From contig JAKFBU010000038.1 in the NCBI GenBank assembly GCA_036676985.1, forward strand, positions 1 through 64,000: 64,000 bases of DNA, given 5' to 3'. Numbering within the stretch: position 1 is the stretch's first letter; every line of letters begins with the position of its first letter. The position numbers and the translations under genes were made by a program. The stretch comes from Candidatus Sericytochromatia bacterium. Its GTDB lineage: Bacteria > Cyanobacteriota > Sericytochromatia > S15B-MN24 > UBA4093. The notes beneath the pieces are model-generated. The model ran no database searches. It was not told where the DNA came from and saw only the letters and a program-made list of their open reading frames with translations. Shown here one piece after another: positions 9,807 through 19,311 of this stretch.

Positions 9807-10364
9807 ATGGGAAAGGTCTTGGCGCTCGTCATGGGGGTGTTGGTGCTTGCGGCCACGCCCTGCCACGCCATCCTGCTGGATCCGACCCCCGAGCGGATCC
9901 TGTTCCTGGGCTACCCGCCATCCGAGCGGAACCTCACGGTCAAGGTGATCCGGCGCAAGGAGAGCTACGGCATCTACGCCTTCGAGACGAGCGGCAGCAA
10001 TCGCCTGCTCACCCGCGACTCGCTGGCCGGCCTGGTCGAGGGCTCCATGCGCGGCGTCGGGCTCGATGCCCGGGCGATCGCCCTCCTCCACGCCTACATG
10101 GCGCGCAACAAGCGCCGCCCCCCCATTCCCCAGAAGATCGGCCCGTACTTCCGTTACTATTTCGAAGGGGGCGAATGGCTCCTCAAAGTGACGACCCAGC
10201 GGCCCTTTCTGCCGACCGAGGCGGCGCCCCTGCCCGACGGCCTCGTCAGCCAGATGCTCGCAAAGCGCACGGCAGCCGCGCGGCTCGAGGGGATGTCGCG
10301 AGCCATGGACCTCGAGCAGTTTCGGCTCCGCCAGGTCGACGATCTGCGCCGGATCGGTCGCTGA
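9807..10364 (+). CDS. Secreted hypothetical protein
   Basis: N-terminal signal peptide MGKVLALVMGVLVLAATPCHA. Confidence 0.65.
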   Translation: MGKVLALVMGVLVLAATPCHAILLDPTPERILFLGYPPSERNLTVKVIRRKESYGIYAFETSGSNRLLTRDSLAGLVEGSMRGVGLDARAIALLHAYMARNKRRPPIPQKIGPYFRYYFEGGEWLLKVTTQRPFLPTEAAPLPDGLVSQMLAKRTAAARLEGMSRAMDLEQFRLRQVDDLRRIGR

Positions 10365-10478
10365 CGCCAAAATTTAGCGTGGCCTTAGGCTTTGCATAAG
10401 AACATCGTCGGGCGGGTCGGCCGATAGATCCCCTGACGCCCACGGTGGGTGCGGCTGCTATACCCTAAGGACGACGCC

Positions 10479-11159
10479 ATGCGCGTTTCAGAGCAAAATC
10501 GAACCCTTCCGGTCCGCCCGTTCACGGGACTGGGGAAGCCGCGCGAGGTCGTGTCCGGCCCGTCGTCCCTGGTGCGCGACCAGTTGATACTCTCGGCGCC
10601 CCGAACCGTGGGCGCCATGTCGCCGCAGCCGCCGGTTGCACCGGTCGAGACGCTGCCTGTGGCGATTGCGCCGCTCGGCAAGACGGACTACTACCGCCTG
10701 CGTGCCGAGGACTTCCAGCGCCGGCATCCGGACCTGCCCGTGCCCAGCTACTACATGGGCTACGGCGACAAGTACGTGAACCGCTTCACCGACGAGCTCA
10801 GTCCCAAGCTGTCGCCCGAGGGTCAGGCATGGCTCGCGCAGGCGCGAGTCAACCTCCAGGTGGCCATCGAGGATCGACGCCGTCATGATCCCCTCGCCTT
10901 CGATCGGCTGGAGCGGGATGACGCGGCGTTTCTCGAGTTCGCGTACGATTCGCACCCCAAGGCCTACCTCGACGCGGGGCTCGAGAAGCTGCCCCTGAAG
11001 GATCTGGTCCGGATCGGTCTGACGCCGGACGTGCAGGATCTGGCAACTCGCAACGGGCTCGAGCAGGTGGTCGAGGTGGCGGCGGGGCTTGCTTCCAAGA
11101 AGGCGCGAGAGTATCTGGCGCATGGGCTCACCTGGAAGGTTTCGGCGGGGCGGGAGTAG
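10479..11159 (+). CDS. Hypothetical protein
   Basis: TAAGGA RBS; globular C-terminal region YYRLRAEDF...YYMGYGDKY...AYDSHPKAY. Confidence 0.7.
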   Translation: MRVSEQNRTLPVRPFTGLGKPREVVSGPSSLVRDQLILSAPRTVGAMSPQPPVAPVETLPVAIAPLGKTDYYRLRAEDFQRRHPDLPVPSYYMGYGDKYVNRFTDELSPKLSPEGQAWLAQARVNLQVAIEDRRRHDPLAFDRLERDDAAFLEFAYDSHPKAYLDAGLEKLPLKDLVRIGLTPDVQDLATRNGLEQVVEVAAGLASKKAREYLAHGLTWKVSAGRE

Positions 11160-11180
11160 CCTGAACTCCCGACTCGTTCT

Positions 11181-11210
11181 ACCCCCCCAACCCCCCTGCT
11201 AGGGGGGGAG
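11181..11210. repeat. C/G-run REP-like element (single copy)
   Basis: ACCCCCCCAACCCCCCTGCTAGGGGGGGAG, similar to the elements at 59883-60015. Confidence 0.55.
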
Positions 11211-11245
11211 TGCCGTCGCTAGCGCAGCATATTGTCTTTCCCCAA

Positions 11246-11275
11246 GAAAAAGCCCCCGGCCAACCGGCCGGGGGC
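11246..11275 (-). terminator. Intrinsic terminator of glmU-prs-pth
   Basis: GCCCCCGGCC stem, 4-nt loop, T-run on the minus strand. Confidence 0.75.
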
Positions 11276-11283
11276 GAGTTCGT

Positions 11284-11862
11284 TTAGGCTGGGGCCTGGG
11301 TTTGGTTGTACTTCTGCATCGCGGCCGTGAACCCGTCCCGGATGGCGAGCTCCACGGCGCCGGCGGCGGCGTCGAGGCCCTGCTCCAGCAAGGGACCGTC
11401 GGCCTTGCTGAACTTGTCGAGCACGAACTTGGTGGTCGAGGCGCCCGGCGGCAAGGGCCCCACCCCCACCCGGATGCGCGGGAAGGACTGGGTGTTGAGG
11501 CTCTGGATGATCGAGCTGATGCCGTTGTGGCCGCCCGCCGAGCCCGAGGTGCGCACCCGGACCTGGCCGAGCGCGATCGCGAAGTCGTCGTAGACCACCA
11601 AGAGGTCGTCCGGCGTGAGCTTGTAGAAGTGCAGCACCTTCTGGATGGCGCGCCCCGAGAGGTTCATGTAGGTCAGGGGCTCGACCAGGATCACCTTCTC
11701 GGTGCCAACTCGCCCTTCACCCACCATGGCCTCGAAGCGCGACTCGGGTTTGCCCTCGACGCCCCACGAGCGGGCCAGCCGCTCGACCACCATGAAGCCC
11801 GCGTTATGGCGGGTTTCCTCGTACTGCTTCCCCGGATTGCCGAGGCCGACGACGACCTTCAT
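11284..11862 (-). CDS. pth: Peptidyl-tRNA hydrolase
   Basis: VGLGNPG..Y..TRHNAG, TYMNLSG, GGHNG. Confidence 0.97.
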   Translation of the reverse strand: MKVVVGLGNPGKQYEETRHNAGFMVVERLARSWGVEGKPESRFEAMVGEGRVGTEKVILVEPLTYMNLSGRAIQKVLHFYKLTPDDLLVVYDDFAIALGQVRVRTSGSAGGHNGISSIIQSLNTQSFPRIRVGVGPLPPGASTTKFVLDKFSKADGPLLEQGLDAAAGAVELAIRDGFTAAMQKYNQTQAPA

Positions 11863-12854
11863 TACTCGAACAGCGTGCTGACCGACGAATCCTCGTGGAT
11901 GCGCAGGATCGCCTCGCCCAGGAGGCCCGCCACCGACAGGACCTTGATCTTGGAGATCTGCTTCTCGGTCGGCAGGGGGATGGTGTTGGTGATGATGAGC
12001 TCGGAGATGGGCGAGTCCTCGAGGCGCTCGATGGCCGGACCCGAGAGCACGCCGTGGGTCGCGCAGGCGAAGACCTCGCGAGCGCCCTCCTTCATCAGGA
12101 GCTTGGCGACCTCGGTGAGGGTGCCCGCGGTGTCGACCAGGTCATCGATGATGACGCAGTTCTTGCCCTTGATGTCGCCGATGATGTTGAGCACCTCGGC
12201 CGTGTTGTGCTTGGGACGGCGCTTGTCGATGATGGCCAAAGGCGCGTCCATCTTCTTGGCGTAGGCGCGCGCGCGGCCCACCCCGCCCACGTCCGGGCTC
12301 ACGATGACCAGGTCCTCGAGCCGCTTCTTGCGCAGGTACTCGATGAGCACCGGCGAGGCATGCAGGTGGTCCATCAGGATGTCGAAGAAGCCCTGGATCT
12401 GGGGGGCATGCAGGTCCATGGCCACCACGCGGGTGGCGCCCGCGGTGGTGAGCAGGTTCGCGACCAGCTTGGCCGTGATGGCCTCGCGGCCCTGGGCCTT
12501 GCGGTCCTGGCGGGCGTAGGCGTAGTAGGGCACCACCGCCGTCACCGAGTGGGCCGACGCGCGCTTGAACGCGTCGAGCATGATGAGCAGCTCCATCATG
12601 TTGTAGTTGATGGGGTGGCTGATGGGCTGGACCAGGAACACGTCGGCACCGCGCACCGAGTCCTGGACCTGGACGTAGATCTCGCCGTCCGAGAAGTTGG
12701 CGATCTTGATGGCGCCCACCTGGGTGCCGAGGTAGGTCGCGATCTCGTGCGCCAGGGCCGGGTTGGCCGAGCCCGAGAAGACCTTCATGGTCCGTTGGGG
12801 GATATGGATGCGTTCGCCGCGACGCGGAGTGATCATCGTCGTGTTCTCGATCAT
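11862..12854 (-). CDS. prs: Ribose-phosphate pyrophosphokinase
   Basis: FSDGE, YARQDRK, DLHAPQIQGFFD, VSPDVGG, DDLVDTAGT. Confidence 0.98.
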   Translation of the reverse strand: MIENTTMITPRRGERIHIPQRTMKVFSGSANPALAHEIATYLGTQVGAIKIANFSDGEIYVQVQDSVRGADVFLVQPISHPINYNMMELLIMLDAFKRASAHSVTAVVPYYAYARQDRKAQGREAITAKLVANLLTTAGATRVVAMDLHAPQIQGFFDILMDHLHASPVLIEYLRKKRLEDLVIVSPDVGGVGRARAYAKKMDAPLAIIDKRRPKHNTAEVLNIIGDIKGKNCVIIDDLVDTAGTLTEVAKLLMKEGAREVFACATHGVLSGPAIERLEDSPISELIITNTIPLPTEKQISKIKVLSVAGLLGEAILRIHEDSSVSTLFE

Positions 12855-14245
12855 TGGGGGATACCCTTTCGCTGCAAGACCCAGCCTAACTTGAGCGCCT
12901 GTCGGGCGCGCCCCAGGGCCAGGGCCCCGTCGGGAACGTCCTCGGTGATGGTGGAACCCGCCGCGGTGAAGGCGTCCGAGCCGACACTGAGCGGCGCAAC
13001 GAGCGTGCTATTGCTGCCGATGAAGGAGCGAGCGCCGATGACCGTGCGGTGCTTGCGCTCGCCGTCGTAGTTGCAGGTGATGGTGCCCGCGCCGATGTTG
13101 ACCTTGGCGCCGAGCGTCGCATCGCCGATGTAGGAGAGGTGAGAGGCCTTGGCCCCGTCGCCGAACACCGAGCCCTTGATCTCGACGAAGTTGCCGATCC
13201 GGCACTGCTCGCCGATCTCCGCGCCGTTGCGGAGGTGGGCGAAGGGCCCGACCTGCGTGCGGCGGCCGATGCTCGAGTCCGTGAGGACGGACTGCAGGAT
13301 CACGACCTCGTCGGCGAGCACCGTGTCCGTGAGCTGGCTGTGGGCGCCGATGCGGCACAGGCTGCCGATGCGGGTCCGGCCGTAGAGCTGGACGCCGCCT
13401 TCGACGACGGTGTCCTCGCCGATGACGACCCGCGGGCCGATCCAGGTGGTCGTGGGGCTCTCGACGGTCACGCCCGCCTCGAGGAAGCGCCGGGCGGTCC
13501 GCCGCTGGTAGGCCTCGGCCAGCTCCACGAGCTCGAGGCGCGTGTTGACGCCCGCGACCTCGATGGGGTCGTCGGTGCAGTAGGCGGCCACCCCGTGACC
13601 GGCCGCCAGGAGCGCCGTGACGGCGTCGGGCAGGTAGTACTCGCCCTGGGCGTTGGCGTTGCCGATGCCCTTGAGGGCCTCCGACAGGCGCGGCCAGTCG
13701 GCCAGGTACACGCCGGCGTTGACCTCGCCGATGGCGCGCTCCGCTTCCGAGGCGTCCTTGTACTCGACGATGCGAGCGAGCCGGCCGTGCGCGTCGCGGA
13801 CGATGCGGCCGTAGCGGGCGGCGTCCTCGGGGCTGAAGGTGAGGACCGTGAGGGCCGCCTGGGCCGAGCGGTGGGTCTCGACCATCTTGCGGATGGTCTC
13901 CTCCGAGAGCAGGGGCACGTCTCCGCTGAGGATGAGGACGTCGCCCGTGAAGCCCGACAGCGCCTCCTCGGCCTGCATGACGGCGTGGGCCGTGCCGAGC
14001 TGCTCGCGCTGCTCGACGGTCTGGACGCTCTCGGGCAGGGCCGCCCGGACCTGTTCGGCGCCGTGGCCGACGATGACGATGGAGCGGGGGATCTCGAGCC
14101 GCTCGAGGGTGGCCAGGACATGGCCGACCAGGGGCTCGCCCGCGATGCGGTGCAGCACCTTGGGCAGGGCGCTCTTCATGCGGGTACCCTTGCCGGCCGC
14201 CATGATCAGGGCCGACAGGTTGGAAAGCTCGTGAGAGGTGGGCAT
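12851..14245 (-). CDS. glmU: Bifunctional GlcNAc-1-P uridyltransferase/acetyltransferase
   Basis: AAGKGTRMKS, QLGTAHA, EYYLPD, HLSYIGDA, GAGTITCNYDG. Confidence 0.98.
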   Translation of the reverse strand: MPTSHELSNLSALIMAAGKGTRMKSALPKVLHRIAGEPLVGHVLATLERLEIPRSIVIVGHGAEQVRAALPESVQTVEQREQLGTAHAVMQAEEALSGFTGDVLILSGDVPLLSEETIRKMVETHRSAQAALTVLTFSPEDAARYGRIVRDAHGRLARIVEYKDASEAERAIGEVNAGVYLADWPRLSEALKGIGNANAQGEYYLPDAVTALLAAGHGVAAYCTDDPIEVAGVNTRLELVELAEAYQRRTARRFLEAGVTVESPTTTWIGPRVVIGEDTVVEGGVQLYGRTRIGSLCRIGAHSQLTDTVLADEVVILQSVLTDSSIGRRTQVGPFAHLRNGAEIGEQCRIGNFVEIKGSVFGDGAKASHLSYIGDATLGAKVNIGAGTITCNYDGERKHRTVIGARSFIGSNSTLVAPLSVGSDAFTAAGSTITEDVPDGALALGRARQALKLGWVLQRKGIPQ

Positions 14246-14339
14246 CGAGGTCGTAACTCCGTTTCGGGAGGAGGCAGGGGAGGCGACACCGGGTCCGAGG
14301 TCGTTTTATTCTACCACCTGGCAGGCAGGCTGTAAGCCT

Positions 14340-15428
14340 CTATTCTTCGGTCTCTTCGAGGTCGTCCGCCTCCAAGTCCTCGTCGAGATCCGCTTCTTCA
14401 GCGAGGTCGAAGTCCATGAGGCGCTGGCGATCCAGTCGACGTGAGGCTGTGCGGGCGGAGGCGTCGATCTTCACGAGCTTGGTCTCGCCGCTCTGCTTGA
14501 CCTTGCCCTCGACCTTGAGGCTGGTGCTCGCCAGTCGGGCCTGGTTGGCCTCGAGCTCCTCGAGAAAGCGCAGGTAACTCGCCATGCGGGTATCGGGCAC
14601 GTGCGCGCGCTCTTTGACGGCACAGCCCGGCTCGCCCCGGTGCAGGCAGTCCGGGAAGCGACAGTCGGGGATGTGCGGCGTCATCTCGGGGTAGTACCAG
14701 CCGAGCTCCTTGGGCTCCATGGTCCCGAAGTCCAGGTGCGAGTAGCCGGGCGTGTCCGCTACCAGACAGTCGCCGTGGGGTCCGCGGATGGCGTAGAGGG
14801 AGGCGAAGGTGGTGGTGTGGCGGCCGCGCTGGATCTTGGCGCTCACCTCGCCCTCCTTGAGCTGGAGGCCGGGCTCGATGGCGTTCAGCAACGACGACTT
14901 GCCCACGCCGGAGGGGCCGGCGAAGACCGTCACCTTGTTCTCCAGCAGATCGACGAGCTCCTGGACGTCGCCGGCCATGGCCGACGTGCAGACCACGGGC
15001 AGGCCGAGCTCGCGGTAGGGCGCGAGCATCTCCGCGCGGACCTGGGGGCTGACGAGGTCGGCCTTGTTGAGGGCGATCGCGCTCGCGATGCCGCTCTGGG
15101 CCACCAGCACCAGGAAGCGATCGAGCATCAGGGGGTTGAAGGGGGGCTGATCGGCCGCGAAGACGAGCACCACCTGGTCGACGTTCGCGATCGCAGGCTT
15201 GGGCAGGAGGTTGAAGCGCTCCACCACCTCCGCGACGGTGGCCGTCTTGTTGCCCTCGTCGAGCTCGTCGAGCCGGACGCGATCGCCCACGTGGATGCGG
15301 ACGTGCTCCTTCTTGAGGCGGGCGCGCGGCAGGCACATGTAGTCCTCGCCATGGTACCGGACGGTGTAGTAGTTGGTGATCCGCCGGATCACCACTCCTG
15401 CGTCCTGGTCCCACGCGCGCTCGGTCAT
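14340..15428 (-). CDS. rsgA: Ribosome small subunit-dependent GTPase A
   Basis: NKADL, GPSGVGKSSL, GRHTT, DTPG, CRFPDCLH.GEPGC. Confidence 0.95.
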   Translation of the reverse strand: MTERAWDQDAGVVIRRITNYYTVRYHGEDYMCLPRARLKKEHVRIHVGDRVRLDELDEGNKTATVAEVVERFNLLPKPAIANVDQVVLVFAADQPPFNPLMLDRFLVLVAQSGIASAIALNKADLVSPQVRAEMLAPYRELGLPVVCTSAMAGDVQELVDLLENKVTVFAGPSGVGKSSLLNAIEPGLQLKEGEVSAKIQRGRHTTTFASLYAIRGPHGDCLVADTPGYSHLDFGTMEPKELGWYYPEMTPHIPDCRFPDCLHRGEPGCAVKERAHVPDTRMASYLRFLEELEANQARLASTSLKVEGKVKQSGETKLVKIDASARTASRRLDRQRLMDFDLAEEADLDEDLEADDLEETEE

Positions 15429-16504
15429 TCGGCAGCAGGCTCCACGACGGCGAGGGGCACCTTGACGAGGGGCACGACCTCGCCGGAGGTCTCGATGGCC
15501 CGGCGGCGCAGCTGGCCGCAGGCGGCGGCGATGTCGGCGCCGCGCTCGACGCGGACCGTCACCGGGAAGCCCGCGTCCTCCAGGATCCGCCGGAAGGCCT
15601 GGATGGCCTCGGGCTTGGAGGGACCGAACTCGGCGTCGGTGGCGTTGAAGGGGATGAGGTTGACGTGCGAATGGAGGCCCCGGAGCCACTCGACGGTCTG
15701 ACGGGCGAGGTCGGGCGTGTCGTTGACCCCGTCGAGCATGACGTACTCGATGGTCAGCCGGCGCTTGGTGCGCTCGGTGTAGTCGAGCACGGCCTCGCGC
15801 AGGACCGCGAGCGGATAGCGCCGGTTGAGGGGCACCAGGTAGTCGCGCAGGGGGTCGTTGGGCGCGTGCAGCGAGAGCGCCAGCGTGAGTTGGAGGTCTT
15901 CGTCGGCCATGCGCTTGATGCCCGGCACCACCCCGGAGGTCGAGATCGTGAGGTGGCGCATGCCGATGCCCACCTCCTCGTTGAGGAGCTTCACGGCCTT
16001 GAGGGTGTTGTCGTAGTTGAAGAGCGGCTCGCCCATGCCCATGAAGACCACGTGCGAGACCCGCTCGCCCGTCTGGTGCTGGATCTGGAGCACCTGCTCG
16101 ACGATCTCGCCCGCCGACAAGTTGCGCTGGAAGCCCGAGAGGCCCGTCTCGCAGAAGGCGCAGGCCACCGCGCAGCCGATCTGGGTCGAGACGCAGACGC
16201 TCCGGCGGTCCTCGCTGGGCATGTAGACGCTCTCGACCAGGCCGCAGCCGTGGGTGTCGAACAGAAACTTCTGGGTGCCGTCCGTGGCGACCTGGACGCG
16301 CACGGGCTCCAGGCTGCCGCCCGCATAGCCTGCGCCGGTCAAGGAGGTGCGCAGGGCCTTGGGCAGGTCCGACATGGCCTCCAGGTCCAGCTGGCTCTTT
16401 TGATAAAGCCAGGTGGCGAGCTGCTTGCCTCGGAAGGGCTTGTCCCCGTTGGCTTCGGCGAGCGCTTTGAGTTCGGCGGTCGAAAGACCCACCAGGTTAG
16501 GCAT
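15425..16504 (-). CDS. rlmN: Dual-specificity RNA methyltransferase RlmN
   Basis: CVSTQIGCAVACAFC, MGMGEP, SLHAP, DIAAACGQL. Confidence 0.97.
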   Translation of the reverse strand: MPNLVGLSTAELKALAEANGDKPFRGKQLATWLYQKSQLDLEAMSDLPKALRTSLTGAGYAGGSLEPVRVQVATDGTQKFLFDTHGCGLVESVYMPSEDRRSVCVSTQIGCAVACAFCETGLSGFQRNLSAGEIVEQVLQIQHQTGERVSHVVFMGMGEPLFNYDNTLKAVKLLNEEVGIGMRHLTISTSGVVPGIKRMADEDLQLTLALSLHAPNDPLRDYLVPLNRRYPLAVLREAVLDYTERTKRRLTIEYVMLDGVNDTPDLARQTVEWLRGLHSHVNLIPFNATDAEFGPSKPEAIQAFRRILEDAGFPVTVRVERGADIAAACGQLRRRAIETSGEVVPLVKVPLAVVEPAAE

Positions 16505-17819
16505 GACGGCGCTCCAATCGCGCGATGAAGAACCCCTCGACCCCGTGTCGATGCGGCATGAGCTGGATCATCCCGTCCTTCGCGTCCTGCTGCCAGGCCT
16601 CCGGCAGGTAGGGCGCGAGGTCGCCCGGAGCGAACTCCGGATGGGAGGCGAGGAAGCGCTCCACGACCCGTTCGTTCTCGGCGGGCAGGATGGTGCAGGT
16701 CGCATAGACCAGCACCCCGCCCGGCTTGACCGCTCGGGCCACGGCCGCGAGCATCGCTTCCTGCTCGGCGGGCAGGGCGTCGGCCTCCGCCGGGGTCAAG
16801 CGCCACCGCAGATCGCTCTTGCGGTAGAGCACCCCGAGCCCCGAGCACGGCGCGTCCACCAGGGCCCGATCCACGGGCGTCTCGAGCGGCACCGTCCCCT
16901 CCTGCGGACACAGGTGGATGATGTGCTCGCCCAGTCGCTCCGCGTTCTCCGCCACCAGGGCAAGGCGCCCCTCGTGCGGATCGACGGCAAGGATCCGTCC
17001 TTCATCCCGCATCAAGGCCGCCATGTGGGTGGTCTTGCCCCCCGGGGCGGCCCCGATGTCGGCGACGGTCTCGCCGGGCCTCGGATCGACGATCCGGCTC
17101 GTCAGCATGGCGGCTTCGCCCTGCACGTACCAGCTGCCTTCATTATAGCCGGGGAGCTCCCCCAAGGCCACGCCCGCGGGAAAGCGAATTCCCTCGGGCA
17201 CCACGGGGCTCGGCTCCGCGACGGCCCCGGCCGCCGCGAAGGTCGCGAGCAGCTCGTCGCGGGTGGTCCGCAGGGTGTTGGTGCGGATGGTCAGGGGCAG
17301 GGGCTGATGGCTCGCCTTGGCGAGGGCTGCGGCCGTCTCGGGACCGTAGGCCTCCGTCCAGCGGCGGACGATCCAGTCGGGCAGGGATTCTTCCACCGCG
17401 AGGGCCTCGAGCGGGTCCGCCGGCAGGGGCACGATGCCCCCCTCGCGCTGGACGCGGCGCAGGATGGCGTTGGTCAGCTTGGCCACGCCCGGATGCCCGA
17501 AGCGGTAGGCGAGCTTGACGGCCTCGTCGAGGGCGGCATGGGACGGGGTACGCATGTAGAGGAGCTGGTAGGCGCCCATGCGCAAGTTGTTGCGGATGGG
17601 CGACGTCAGGCTCGCGAGCGGCTTGGTGAGGAACGCCGACAGCACGTGGTCCAGGTGGCGGCGGCGGCGGGTGGTGCCGTTGACCAGCTCGGTGATGAGG
17701 GCGCGATCGCGCGGGGACTGTCCCTTGATTTCCTGGAGGGCGAGGTTGGCGTAGGCCCCCTTGTCCTCGATGTCGATCAGGGTCTGCAGCGCCTGGGCGC
17801 GGGCTCCGAGCTTTGCCAT
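16497..17819 (-). CDS. rsmB: 16S rRNA m5C967 methyltransferase
   Basis: NusB-like N-terminus, AAPGGKT, DAPCSGLG, YATCT. Confidence 0.95.
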   Translation of the reverse strand: MAKLGARAQALQTLIDIEDKGAYANLALQEIKGQSPRDRALITELVNGTTRRRRHLDHVLSAFLTKPLASLTSPIRNNLRMGAYQLLYMRTPSHAALDEAVKLAYRFGHPGVAKLTNAILRRVQREGGIVPLPADPLEALAVEESLPDWIVRRWTEAYGPETAAALAKASHQPLPLTIRTNTLRTTRDELLATFAAAGAVAEPSPVVPEGIRFPAGVALGELPGYNEGSWYVQGEAAMLTSRIVDPRPGETVADIGAAPGGKTTHMAALMRDEGRILAVDPHEGRLALVAENAERLGEHIIHLCPQEGTVPLETPVDRALVDAPCSGLGVLYRKSDLRWRLTPAEADALPAEQEAMLAAVARAVKPGGVLVYATCTILPAENERVVERFLASHPEFAPGDLAPYLPEAWQQDAKDGMIQLMPHRHGVEGFFIARLERRHA

Positions 17820-17832
17820 AGGTTCCTTGTTC

Positions 17833-17861
17833 AAAAAAAGAGGCGGCCTCGGCCGCCTCTT
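17833..17861 (-). terminator. Intrinsic terminator
   Basis: AAGAGGCGGCC..GGCCGCCTCTT stem followed by T7 on the minus strand. Confidence 0.75.
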
Positions 17862-17870
17862 CGTCGTCGA

Positions 17871-18560
17871 TTAAAGGGCTCCGGCGCGTTGGAGGCGTTC
17901 GCCTTCCGCCAGGATGGCCGCCACTTCGCCCACGTCCTTCTTCATCAGATCGAAGAGATCCTTGAGCGAGGGCTTGATGGGGGCCTCGCCGCTCACCCAC
18001 TTCCAGACGAGGGGCAGGAGGCGCTTCCAGAGGAAGCCGCCGGGCAGGCCGCCGACGCCTTCGCTGATGATACCATACACGATGGCCTTCACGAGCTCCT
18101 CGCGGCTGTAGTTCGAGCCCTGGTGGGTCTTGGTGTACCAGAACCAGGCCTTGGCGCCGCCGTAGACCATCTTGACGCCGATCCAGATCAGGCGCATGGC
18201 GATCTGGCCGGAGACCTCGCCGTTCTGGTAGTCGAGCGTGGTCGTGACCTCGCCCGCCTTGAAGACGACCTTCTTGGTCTTGGGCGTGTGGGTGAAGTCG
18301 TAGGTGATGGGCTGGCCATCCGCGTCCTGGAGGGTGACGACGGCGCCCTTGACGGTGGCCTTGGCGCCGGCCGCGTTCAGGTCGCGGGCGAAGTCATTGG
18401 CGAGCTGGCTGGGGGACTGGCTGATGGCAGCCGTCCGGCTCTGGTCCGGCTGGGGGACGTCGCCCAGGCGCTGCGGCGTGACGCCGCAACCCACCAGCCA
18501 CAGGCTGCTCAGGCTGACGACGAGGGCCAGGGCTACACCCTGCTTGGAAAGGACATTCAT
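17871..18560 (-). CDS. Hypothetical lipoprotein
   Basis: GGAGG RBS, lipobox LVGC, amphipathic C-terminal helices. Confidence 0.7.
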   Translation of the reverse strand: MNVLSKQGVALALVVSLSSLWLVGCGVTPQRLGDVPQPDQSRTAAISQSPSQLANDFARDLNAAGAKATVKGAVVTLQDADGQPITYDFTHTPKTKKVVFKAGEVTTTLDYQNGEVSGQIAMRLIWIGVKMVYGGAKAWFWYTKTHQGSNYSREELVKAIVYGIISEGVGGLPGGFLWKRLLPLVWKWVSGEAPIKPSLKDLFDLMKKDVGEVAAILAEGERLQRAGAL

Positions 18561-18689
18561 CGCGTGGCTATCCTCCGCTCGTTGAACGTGACAGGTTAAG
18601 GGATGGCTTAAGCAGAACTTAAACTTTCCATAAGCATAGCGCCTCGACGTCCGCTTGGCAATCCCTCCGTCGCTCGTTAGAGTGGACGC

Positions 18690-19238
18690 ATGATCGACCT
18701 CGTCCTCGTGGAGCCCGAAATCCCCCCCAACACGGGCAACGTGTCCCGCCTGGCAGCGGCGCTGGACGTGCCCCTGCACCTGATCGAGCCGCTGGGTTTC
18801 GACGTCTCGGATCGGGCCGTCAAGCGCGCGGGGCTGGATTACTGGGAGCATGTGCGGCTGCAGAAGCATGCCGACTGGCAGCAGTTCCTGGCGTCTCGCC
18901 AGCCCGGGCGCCTCGTCTATACGTCGTCCTTCGGCGAGCTGCTGCATACGGAGCTCGAATACGAGCCCGGGGACTGCCTGGTCTTCGGCAAGGAGACAGC
19001 GGGCCTGGACCCGCGCCTGTGGCAGGAGACGCCGGGCCCTGTCGTGCGGATCCCGCACTGGGGGCCGGTTCGGAGTCTCAATCTTTCGAACGCGGTGGCG
19101 GTGGTCGCCTACGAGGCCATGCGGCAGCTCCACGAGCGCGGGCTCCTGCCGCACCCGATGGATCGGCCGGCCGATCGGCCGCCCATCACGCCTTATGAGG
19201 TGACCAAGCGCGGAGCGCACGTCCCGAAAAAGCCCTAG
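18690..19238 (+). CDS. trmL: tRNA (cytidine(34)-2'-O)-methyltransferase
   Basis: EPEIPPNTGN, KRAGLDYW, FGKETAGL, RSLNLSN. Confidence 0.93.
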   Translation: MIDLVLVEPEIPPNTGNVSRLAAALDVPLHLIEPLGFDVSDRAVKRAGLDYWEHVRLQKHADWQQFLASRQPGRLVYTSSFGELLHTELEYEPGDCLVFGKETAGLDPRLWQETPGPVVRIPHWGPVRSLNLSNAVAVVAYEAMRQLHERGLLPHPMDRPADRPPITPYEVTKRGAHVPKKP

Positions 19239-19311
19239 GACGCTCTTTGGACGGAAGCCCGTGCCCGGCCCCAGAAAGGGGCCGGGCTCGGGGAGTTCAG
19301 GAGGATCGATC

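Noticed and set aside
10397-10427. Sigma-28 promoter (GCCGATAG) upstream of the 10479 gene
   Set aside because: The -10-like element is present, but no TAAA -35 lies at the expected spacing.
16413-18599. Long alternative ORFs (e.g. 728 aa here, 24790-27012, 26768-29416, 37756-39696, 60216-62696)
   Set aside because: Antisense or off-frame shadows of well-supported genes, expected at high GC.
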